Source: Bispira polyomma
Lineage: Eukaryota
Assembly (NCBI GenBank): GCA_965649765.1
Contig: OZ287755.1
Coordinates: 48,670,001 to 48,734,000, forward strand
Length of the DNA: 64,000 bases
Direction: 5' to 3'
Shown: piece after piece, positions 25,301-37,300 of the stretch
Layout of the letters: each line of letters begins with the position of its first letter
Numbering within the stretch: position 1 is the stretch's first letter
The notes under the pieces: model-generated
Database searches by the model: none
What the model saw: the letters and a program-made list of their open reading frames with translations, nothing else
Told to the model about the DNA's origin: nothing
Program-made: the position numbers and the translations under genes

Positions 25301-28300
25301 CATTTGGTTGATATTTTGAAGGTTTTTGTCACAAATTCTCAAAAAAACAAAGATCGCTCTTGAAATTCTTTACTTTTTACATATTTTAATGAATTTTTTT
25401 CTTTTAGAGAAGAAGGATGTTGAAGTTGTGTAATATTGACTAACAGTGGTATTACTGTGTTCTCTGTGCAGAACAAGCAGTCAAGGAACCCGGCCATCCT
25501 GACGCTAGCCATCTTACCCCACCTAGGAAGGGTCAGCCCGGGACAGGGCACTCACCAGGCGGCGCCCCTGTACAGGGAACAGGACGTAGTAAAACCAGCT
25601 TACCGAAGTGGTTGACTGGAGAGAAGCCTGTACCTGATGTGTACAGCATGGTGCTAGAGGCTTGTACAAGGTAGGGGAAATAAGGGGGGGAGGAGGAGTG
25701 AAACAAGGAGGGGTGTACATAACTGAGGCGTGTACTAGGTGGGTACTAGCTGTATTACAAGGACAGGCAGATTACCAAAGTCAGTTTATACTTCGGTTAG
25801 ATTGTCGGACTTTGGATCTCAGGGATCTTGATAGCCCAGGTTCGATCCTCGCTGTGGGCCCAGAGATTGTACCCTTGGACAAGGAACTGTACACAAAGTT
25901 GTTTCTCTCTACCAAGGTGTATAAATGGGTACCTGGCTGCTAATGTGTGTTAGACTTTGAGCGCTGTATGTGGCAGCACAGCTAGTATGCTTCCCAAGGG
26001 AGCTGAGACTGAACAATTGGTTGAAGAACCCAGACTGGAGGTACAAACTGTAAAAGTCGGCTGAGACCTCAATAGAGGTGATATCTACACACATTTACAT
26101 TTACATACTCTGTTACAGGGATGGAGAGATAGACACAGGGATGCTGTACCCCATCCTGTTACGGAGCCGTCTCCACAAGGATGTGTTAGGACACCTGTGG
26201 ACTCTGTGTAACAAACAGACACCGGGTCAACTCCTCAGACAGGAGCTCTTCCTGTTACTCGCCATGGTAACCGTCGCCCAGGTAACAACATGATGTGCAT
26301 TTTAGTGGTACACTAGGGTGTGTTTAAATACTTGTAAAAAAACCGTTATAACTACTATCCACCCTGCTTCCCCTGCCCAACAAATGTGGCCCATTATTAA
26401 GGAATGTACCCGAGCTATACAGTGAATTTGTGTAACTACAACTGTCATCAGTCAAGTATTTCTAGAACTAGAAGTAATTTCCAAGTCCTAACTATTTATG
26501 GTTTCAAAATGTAAGGATAACTACTACAAAGTAGCTATAACTAGTGTCTATTTTGATGCACCAGAAGCACTTTTCAATAAAAACTAAAAGGTATAACTGT
26601 GTAGAACAAAACTTGCCATTTGGTTAATGTTAGTAAACATAACAGGCCTATCCTAGTGAAGGTGGAAACGGTTGGATATAACTCTGAAGAGTGAAGGCTG
26701 TTAATTGGTCTGTTTGATCTGTTTAAGCAATCACACAGTTATTATTTTCCACACAACTTTGCAGTTACTTTTAAAATAAAACATTACTGATAGTTTCTAG
26801 AATTGTTTAGAGTATAAATCAGCAAATTGGATGTGAAACTTAAATGTTGACCAATATAGTCTCTCCTTAAGTTCTATAGTCTTTCAATAGTTGATGTCAG
26901 CTGCTGTTTCTTATAACTCAATTTAGCCATGAGTAGAAGTAAAAGGAGAAATTTAGCAACTTCCACTTATAGCAAATGCAGTGTGTAAAACTATTATATA
27001 ATACAGTGAAACATCTGTTGCCTAACAATCCCACACCTCCCCCACAAAAAAAAACAAAAAAAAACAAATGAAACAAACGTGCCAATTATCCAGTAGAACT
27101 TGTACCAATGTGTCCACTCTAAAAGAATAAATCATGGCATGAGTTCTGAAAGCTTCCCCTCAATTTTGCATTAAAATGGACCTTCTAAGATGTGACCCCT
27201 GGCAAGTTCTGGTTTGGTAATGGAATGTTCTCAGAAATAGACAAGGCATTCTAGTATAAATAAAATAATAGGAAATTGTGAACTTGGGAGAGTAAAAGTG
27301 TCTTCATAAACTTAAATATTTGGATAACAGAAGTTTAGATAATAGAGGTTCTACTGTATTGGTGGTTAATAGGGATTTTAAAATTAAAGAGGTATTATTT
27401 TTAAAATGAAACAGGGACACGCTTGACTTTGCGAGAGTTTGCAAATGAGCTAATTATAAAAATCAAAAAACATTCAGTCCATTCAGATACTAGAAGTGAG
27501 TGTGATTTTTTTGTGTTTTTACTGTGTTTATTACAGAACAAGATGGACATCAATTCTCTAGACATCTTACTTCAGTGTGCCGAGGCCCCTGTCCCTGATC
27601 TAGGACAGCACGAGTCTGCCACTACCACCCCACCACCACAGACAGAAGGGTGTGGTACTGACCAGGGTGAGTGGGGGATAATGTGGATTATATTCTAATT
27701 TGATCAAACCTTTATAGTGCTTAATATCCATTAATGTGGATTCTAAGGCACATAAATCATGATCATATTGATTTCCCGAAGATGGTCCTATCCCAGCAGA
27801 TGCCGGAATGAACAGCGTAAACCTAAATGATGTGTATTGGTTATTGAATATCATGTGACTATTTAAGGGACGGGGTGATGTTTTAGGTTCAATTCATTAC
27901 AGAAACACACTAAAGAATGGATAATTTACGCGAAAAAACTTATTGAACACTTGTGGTTTTATTAATCGCAAATCTTTTCGCTCAAGGTAAATTTTTCACT
28001 GAACGTCTTTATTAATACACGCTAGTGTTTAAGCAGTTATGGGCATCATAGTTTTCAAAATTGATGGTAAACCTTGGACTCCACAAACGATTGATCCGAG
28101 TTAGACATCTTGGGCCGAATTCACAAAAGGTTTCAGTCTTAACTCAGTCTTAAGCTTGAGATTTTGGCAGAAAAGGTTGACATTTTGGTCTTATCCCCAG
28201 TGTTAGTCAGAAAAAATCTTTACAAAAGTCTATTTGAAAACTTAGTCCATGCCTGTTTGAAAGCTTAGTCCATGCCTATTTTAAAGCTTAGTCCATGCCT

Positions 28301-31300
28301 GTTTGAAAGCTTCGTCCATGCCTGTTTGAAAACTTAGTCCATGCCTATTTTAAAGCTTAGTCCATGCCTGTTTGAAAGCTTAGTCCATGCCAATTTAAAA
28401 GCTTAGTCCACGCCTGTTTGAAAACTTAGTCCATGCCTATTTTAAAGCTTAGTCCATGCCTGTTTGAAAGCTTAGTCCATGCCAATTTAAAAGCTTAGTC
28501 CATGCCTGTTTGAAAGCTTAGTCCATGCCAATTTAAAAACTTAGTCCATGCCAATTTAAAAGCTTAGTCCATGCCTATTTAAAAGCTTAGTCCATGCCTA
28601 TTTAAAAGCTTAGTCCATGCCTATTTAAAAGCTTAGTCCATATCTATGTGGGTATTCACTTTTTGCACAATATCATACATAGTGCTACAATTTAGACCCA
28701 TGTAAATGATGTAACATGTCTATGGTTCAGTCAGTGCAAGAAGCACAAGTAGTTGAATGTTTAGTTTAGTTTATTCATTTTTATCCATTTCTGTCACTAG
28801 AACACTAGAACATCAATACATTAATACAATGAACATCAACAGAACAACAGTTCCCAGCCCCTATGGGCTTAGTAGTGATAATTTAACAAATACATGAAAT
28901 ACAGATTTAGCATGTTAAATATTTTATGATATTATAAAGACAAAGGTAACTTTAATTCAATACTATTTAACCATAATTACAATTTTAGCAGTTTAAGTAC
29001 TATATATAATACAGTACTGGTTCAGAATAATAATTTAATGTGCATAAATACATAATTTAGCACAAAATACAATTTGTAATATTTTAAATATATTATTTAA
29101 ACATGACAGTCTATTCTTAGATGGTAGAAATTTGGGGGGTTTATATTAGTGAAAGGGACTTTTATATGTATGTATACTTAATGATAAATTTACTGTGTTA
29201 TTTCACACACTAACAGCCAGCACACCATCACATATCACAGAGACACATTTTCCCCAAGGACCCACCAAAACTCATATTGTCGCCATGACAACAATGGTTC
29301 CCGCCCCGGCAACCACACAGGATGATGACTTTGCTGATTTCAAGTCAGCGACTCCAGTGGGTGTACAGCCACGTCAGAATCATGAAGGTACGCAAACAAA
29401 GTTCTCTACTTAACGACCTTGTCCATAGACCGTTACTCTATTCACCAGTGCCATATCCGTCGTCCAGCAGCTGACGGTATATATTTTTATTATATAGCTT
29501 CCTCAGCACACAGCAATACAATCTATTTTGTACAGTGCTTTTAACATAAATTTAAATATAATTTCAATTTGTGAGGTAGTAGGGAGTAGCAAAAACGTCA
29601 TTTGTGATGTTTTGGAAGTGGGTCAAAGTATTCTCTCTAGGTATAGTACAATTACTCATCAACAGTGGTGAAGAGGTGAATGTCAAAAATTAAATCTATA
29701 CATCCAGCAAATTTTCACTAGGGTAATGAAGATCAGTGCCAAAAATCATTTGGTTATCATGACCATGAAGGGACAATATAGATTGCCTTTCTCTAGAATC
29801 AATATTGAGAGATTTCTCATCTGGTAAATTAGATTTAGTAAACAGATTGGAGCCCATGCCTTCTCCGTTGCAGCACAAACCCTATGGAATAATTTACCAG
29901 CAATAGAAGATCCCAGGAAACCCTCTCCTAATATCTTAAACACCCATATCTTCACTCTCGCTTATCCTCTTTTGACAACTTTCTCCTCCATGTCACCTCC
30001 CCGATCACAAATTTACATGGGAGACGGACAATCAATTTAACACCTTTGTCAATGATGTTACGTTTTAGAAGATTCCTGGCATCAAGTAGGCACTTCAAAA
30101 ATCAATCATATCATATCAATATCACCAACTGTACTGTAATATTGTTTAACCCCAGTGTTAAGTGATGGCCTAACACCCATCTGTTGTTGTGGGACTAGTT
30201 TTGAGTATTCTTCCTTGTCTTTGTTAAGCGAGCATTACCCGTGTCTATCTGTTTCAGTAGAAGACTTTGGAGAGTTTAAGAGTACTCCAGTACCTCTGCC
30301 TGTGTTAAGTGATGGGCTCCTTCCACCACCCACCTCTACATCTCTTCATAAGGTGGGCTCAGACCTGATAGGAGATGAGGACAAGTATGCAGCTCTACGG
30401 GTGTCCGTGGACGAACCCACAGCGGGTAAGTGATACAGGAGCCCCCCACCCTCCCCAGCCATTAGTGGTAAAAATTAAAAAACAACAACAACACAAAACC
30501 ACCACCCACAATGGGTAAGTTGCAACCTAAAACAGAGACAACTACTCTATTACTCTTTAAATTAAGCATTTGTTGAAATCAGCTATAAGGGGTTCAGTAT
30601 TTGTCTGTTGTTAAACAATGTGGATATGTGTGAGTGTTGACATAACGTCAAAATTACTTTTAAAATGATGTGCCTAACAAAAAAACTGTACTTTGACTTT
30701 AGTTTTATTAGTGACTTTAACATAAAAAATGGTTTTGGTCACATTTAAAGGGAAAGGGTTGCGGCTACCTTTACCATACATTTAATACATGGGTTTATCG
30801 TCAGCATAGCCGGCTTAGGATTGACAAAATAGCCAACGTTGATGCTTCTACTTATTTAAATGGAAAGTATTGCAGCTGTCTTCATCTAATTTAATACATG
30901 GGTTTATCATGGTATAGTTGGCTTGGGATTGGTTTTGGGTCTGTTCTGAAAAACAAAGTGGCCACTGTTGATGTTAACGTGATAAACAGTTTTCGCTCAT
31001 TTGTAGTGAAAGTATTTAAGCTATCTTCACCGAATTTATTACAATCTAGTTTCTTAACCCAGGGCTGATATACACAACAGGGCTAAGTCTAGACATTGTC
31101 CTAAATCTAGCACAAATGTTTACAAGATGTAAGACAAAATTTGGGCTAAAGCCCTTTTGTGAATACCACCCCCAGTTCTCAGTACAGTTTCTAAGTTTAT
31201 GACAAAAGTCTTAAAAACTAAATAAAAAAGAAAAAAAAAGAGGTCTGGCATGGTGTTTTAATGCTGTAATTCTCTATATCAGACCCAGGTGCCAGTACAG

Positions 31301-34300
31301 ACCTCCCTAGCCCTGCTGCAGGCTCTAACTTTGCTGACTTTGGGGCATTCAAGGACAGCTCTAGTACTTCTGACATGCTCTCCTACAGCTCTCCCACATC
31401 GTCCAATCAGGAGTCAGTGTTCTCAGAAGACTCCTCCTCCTCCTCCACCAATCAGAAGGGTGATGACAGTCATAACTGGGGCTTCTCATCCAATCAGAAG
31501 GGAGGTGACAGTCACTTGAGCTTCTCGGCCAATAAGAAGACAGATGAGGCCAAAAGCTCAACGCATCCAGAAGCTGAAGACGATTTTGGGGATTTTGCTG
31601 ACTTCCGTAACACCTCGAACACATCCTTTTCGAGTACCATGACCAATGAAACCCCGGACAAAATGTCCTCCTTGAAGGCCCTGATCAAGGACAAGAAACT
31701 CTATAGTGAGAAACGGAAGGAATTTGGAAAAACGGAAACCAGTAGCACTGAGACTTCGAGTCACTTCCGGGAAAACACCGCCTCCCCAAATGAGGATGAC
31801 TGGGAACCGTTTGTGAAGTCAAGTGACCCAGCAATACCGAGTTTCTCCCCTGGAGACGGGAAATCGGACTACTGGGGGGACATTGACGCGAGCAAAGGAG
31901 CAACAACAGTACAGGGTCAGAGGAGGGGGGATCTGTGGGGGGCGGCAGTGGCAAAGGAGGGGGTGGGGGTGATGACATCAGGTACTATGGGGGAGGGCAT
32001 GGAGGAGGAGGGAGAAAGGGGCTGGGCCGATTTTACATCAGCACCAGGAATAAGAACCGAGAAATCTGGATCGTCTCAGGCTGAACGTAAAAACGGTAAG
32101 TTTTGGAGGTTGAAGTAATGATTATTTTCTTGTTTTACCTTTTAAAGAGACGTTTGTGCGTGCACAAGCGTTGGTTTTCCTTATTGAAGTTCTGGGATCT
32201 TAGGTAGGAACAAGTAAATCTCGGAAATGGTGGGGACCTATGGTCTGAAATGTGTGTCGATTCTAGAGTTGGGCTTCTTTTGATCCGAGATTTTTTTGGA
32301 GATCGATTCTAATTATGAATTTGCGAATGATTGACTTTTTATGAAATTCTATGTCATCTATAGTATCGTCCCACAGAGCCTCGCTTTCGAAATGGTAGTT
32401 TGTAGCTGTAAAATAGCGTCCGGCGTAGGTCTGTAAGAATTCCGGGTACAAAAAAAGAAAATCCAATTCGATAAAAACGATAAATATGGAAGTATTAAAA
32501 ATCAAGACTAAACAATAATAATTTGTATAATATATTACCTCAATGGTCACAAATGGTTAAGTTCTTTTTAATTTATTCTTTTTCGAAGTATATATATTGT
32601 GTGCTTCGTTCTAACTTGCCATAACGCACATAGTTGTAAAGGCGAAAATCTGGGGAATATATAACCACCACTCCATGGCAGTGAAAAAACCGTGAAAACA
32701 AAATAAAAATTAAAGAAAATTAGAATAAAATATGCAAAGCAATGGTGTAAAGTTCTCTTTATATTTTTCTTAAACTTTTTATTTCTTTTCACACTGTACA
32801 TACAATAGATTCTTTCTTTTCGTCGCCAAATTTTATCTGCGGCTAGAAGTAGTATAGAAGGAAACGAACCCATAATGCATAGCTCGGCTCCCGAAATGGC
32901 CTGAACACCACTCGGAACACACCAAAATGACGTCCTCACAAGATGGCGGATCTCACTTCCAAAAAAATATTGTAAAACAGATAAAAATGCTGCGATTTTA
33001 GGTAATGACAATGTTATTTGAAAATAAAATATTAGGATAGACCTAGCATACAAGCAATTGAACAAATCTCGCTTCTTTACTGCCATTAATAAGAGATATA
33101 TTGGAACCACGAGTCCCCAATTAGTATCTGGATCACTATTTTCGGAATTGATATACAATGTACACTCATTCTGACAGCAAACGTCTGGTACTCGGCCATT
33201 GGCCGCTTTTTTCTTGTTTTACTTGTTTTACTGGTACTAACTGTGTTTGTTGACCAATCTACATTAGAACCTCTATTTTGCGAATATATTGAGAGAGCAA
33301 GATTGTGTTTGGATATTAAAAGGTACCATAAAATTAAAGAGGCCTTTGTGTACAAAATGATAGGAAAACATCAATTTGTGAGAGTGTGGAAAGGAGTTCA
33401 TTATAGTGAATTTGAATTGAATTTGGATCATAGAAGTTTGGATAATAGAACTTTGTACTGTATTCTGTGTGTTCTATTCATCCCAGCTATTTGAACCCGG
33501 TATTGCTTATAGGAGAGATTCCTTCAGTACAGTGGAAAACTGCTGTAACGGTAGCAAGAGGGCGAATATTGCTACAACTTAAGCCTTAGGAATTATTGAA
33601 TCTTTATCATGGTGTTATATTTTAACACAGTGATAATTTCTGTTCTATCTTTCAAAATGTGTGGGAATTTGAAACAGAACTAGACTTCCTGTTGAGAGGG
33701 TTAAAGCTTATGAGAGACACATTTTGATGTTTTCACTTTTGAAATCCATATCAGGAAACATTGATTTGATGTATATTGTTCAATTGCTTTCAGAAGAGGC
33801 AAAGAAAATATGATATGATATGTATGATATGTAATATTAGGTTTTCATATGAATCCTGTTTGTTCCTTTATTTGGGAAAGTTTGTCAGATACTTGCCGTA
33901 GGTCTGTGGTTTAAAGTACTCCAGCACTGGTTTTTTCCACCATTGAATATGGCCGTTGTGATATGACCTAAGCTATAGAAAGTGATGTAAAACCCAACTA
34001 AATTTGAAAATGAACATGAAAACACAATTTTCAGATAAACCTTTTTATTTAGAACACTGTTAAGTCAATGTGGAAAAACTAGAATTATTTTTGATTCCAT
34101 TCCTGTTAATACTTGAACTGCCTCTAGTTATTCAATGGGTTGTTTTTTCCCTACTTCCTCTCACAGAACTGCCCAAGGCTGGGGAGACTAGGCTGAAGTT
34201 TGACCCCAAGAAAGCAAACAGTCTGTTCTCACAGAACCTGCGTACTGCTCAGTCAGTGGATATAGCAAGTACAGGTTAGTATGTGTGAGACAGTGTGTGT

Positions 34301-37300
34301 TGGTGTATGAGTGAGTGTGAGTGTGTGGGAGCATAAGCCACGGGGCAGTCTGTAGGCAATGCACGCAAAAAAAAAACAACCCTTACCACTAGAAGAATTC
34401 TAGACATTAACAAGGGAACTCTATCAGAATAAAGTTTTTCTGTTACCCCTTCCTTTCCAAGAAAAGAAGTGAAATCTGTGAGAAGACGAAAAAAACAACT
34501 CCACTATTTCTGAGATGTATAATCTATTGACCTATATTAATCTAGTGACCTATAATTATCTAGTGACCTATCTTCTGCTGACCTTTTAACTTATATAACC
34601 CCCCCAGGTGTCTCCGCCCTGGATACAGAACCCTCAGAATTCCCTGACAGTCCAAAGTACGCTGAGCTATATCCTGCTGACGTTTGACCTCTATATCACC
34701 CACTATTCTCTATATATACAGGTGTCTCGGCCCTGGACACAGAACCCCCAGAATTCCCTGACAGCCCGGAGTACGCTGAGCCCGACCACCAATACGACAA
34801 GTTTGCTGCCTTCCATGTGGTCGGTGGGTTTGACCTTGACCCTCAGAACGGCTTCTCCTCATTGGCTGCTCCATACGGAGGCTTCGACGATCATAAGGAG
34901 CCGCAAAAATCAGAGTCTGATGTAACAAGCGATACTACTGGCTCAGCAATGGCCAATCAAAAGCCGTTGAACAATATTCAAGTTGGCGCGATGAAAACCA
35001 GCCAGTCCGCCTCTAGTTTTGAATTCTCTGGGTGGAAGAGCCAGTCAAAGGGGATTGTAGAGGACAGCCAGTCGATGAAGAGCCTGGATTTACCCGTGTC
35101 TGGATCTCAGGATGGGAGTCCGGCGGGTGTGGACAGTCAGTCCGTGTCCAGTCTGGACTTTGGAGTGAGTGAGGGGGGCAAGAAAGTCAGTGCAGCCATG
35201 GACAATAAGTAAGATTGTTTTTTTTTTTAGTTTTTTTAAAATTAAACTTAAAAAAATACAAATACAAATACAAAATGGTACATGATTCAGTAATACTGTA
35301 GAAAATCATATATGCCTACTGTAACGAGGTCAAGTAAAAACTTGGTAACATTGAGTAAGTGCAGAATTTATTATTGTTTTTATTCTAAAAAGGCTGCTGC
35401 TGTCTTACTAGAAAATATGTCCTTCTTGGTTATAGTAATCAACTGACCATAGGATCCTACATAACGACAGTTGGCTTTAAAAAAAAGACATAGGCGTACA
35501 CTGTGATTTACACTAACACTGATATGACCAATAGGCATACACTGTGATTTACACTAACACTGATATGACCAATAGGCGTACACTGTGATTTACACTAACA
35601 CTGATATGACCAATAGGCTTACACTGTAATTTACACTAACACTGATATGACCAATAGGTGTACACTGTGATTTACACTTATGCTGATATGACCAATAGGT
35701 GTACACTGTGATTTACACTAACACTGATATGACCAATAGGCTTACACTGTAATTTACACTAACACTGATATGACCAATAGGTGTACACTGTGATTTACAC
35801 TAATGCTGATATGACCAATAGGTGTACACTGTGATTTACACTAATGCTGATATGACCAATAGGTGTACACTGTGATTTACACTAATTCTGATATGACCAA
35901 TAGGTGTACACTGATTTACACTAACATTTACAATATGATCTGCACTAATATTGCTATGGCCAATAGGTGTACAGTGTGACACTAATGTTGATATGACCCA
36001 TAAAGGTACACAGTGATTTACACTAACAATGATATGGCCAATACTGTTTTCCTATTGTTTCATACAGAAATATACCTGTTCTATTTTATAAACCTTCTAG
36101 TATCCAAACAAAATCTTTCCTCTCTCTCAACATGTTTGGATAATAGAGATTCTTCTGTAACAGAGTTTGTTTGGATAATCTATGAAGGCTTCATATAACA
36201 GAAGAGGTATTACTTACAAAACAATAGCATAATGTAAATGGAAAACCTTTGTATTCTGATTGACAGGTCAGTGGGCAGTTTGGACTTCCAGTCAGAACAG
36301 CAAGGGGCGGAGGCTGAGGGTGTGGAGGAGGGGTTTGGAGAGTTCAGTGGTGCCACCACACTGCCAGGTAAGGAACTACATGTGTTAACAAAGTTGTCAC
36401 TTAACCAACATACATGAACAATATCTTTAATATTTCAGGTGTTTCTGCATAAACTATTGCCAAATATATAAAAAATATGTTTTCCCAAAGTGGCAGAAAT
36501 ACCTCAGGATGAAATTGATGTGAAAACATGAGACCTAAGATTAATAATTTTTATGGAATAATCATATGTCCTCATCTCATTTGACTCCTATACACATACA
36601 CACTAATTATGTTTCAACTAAGTTAAGTCTGTCACACATAAACACAGTAGCCAGTAATAGTTTAAAACTTTGTATGTAGAATAGTGACAAGGTTTATTTG
36701 TAGACAACAATATTTATATTTCTATATTTTCAATGTGACCTATTTCTTGAATCTATTTGTTCCGAAGCTCTACGCCTTTTGTTTGTTTTTCTGTGTTGTC
36801 TTAGAACCGGTCAAGCCCTGGGCAACGGGAGAGGCACCCATCAACCAGGCTGACCGCTACAGTGAGCTGATGGGGGATCCAAGGGTAAGGGGGGGATTCA
36901 GAAATGTCCCTAATGTGTCTGTCCTCGTTAGGTGTTCACTTTTGCGTGGCATTGTAAGTGCTCTTATGAGATACAATGAAAATTAATTCTAGCATGACCA
37001 TCTTGTGTTGCTGATTCTGATTGGTCCTAAAGTATGGTAAAATCTAATACTGCAATATAGGAACTGTCCATAGCTGTTTGCCTCCTTGGTGTGTCTCTAA
37101 CAGCTAGTCAACTGGATCCCCATGTAAAGTAAAGTAATTTAAAGTACAGCAAGATTTAGGTACCTTTTTAGTTTGTCATGTTAGAATAAGAATAACGAGG
37201 AATATTTGGGGAATCTTACAGCAGGATTGGAGTTGTAGAAACACCTCCAAATGTGGTAAAATTACCTGTATAAAACCCTAGTTTATCACTCGTTTATGTC

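Noticed and set aside
32568-33158. 196-aa minus-strand ORF
   Set aside because: Lies inside the non-autonomous Helentron-type element; composition is AT-driven (F/I/L/K) with no recognisable Rep/helicase motifs.
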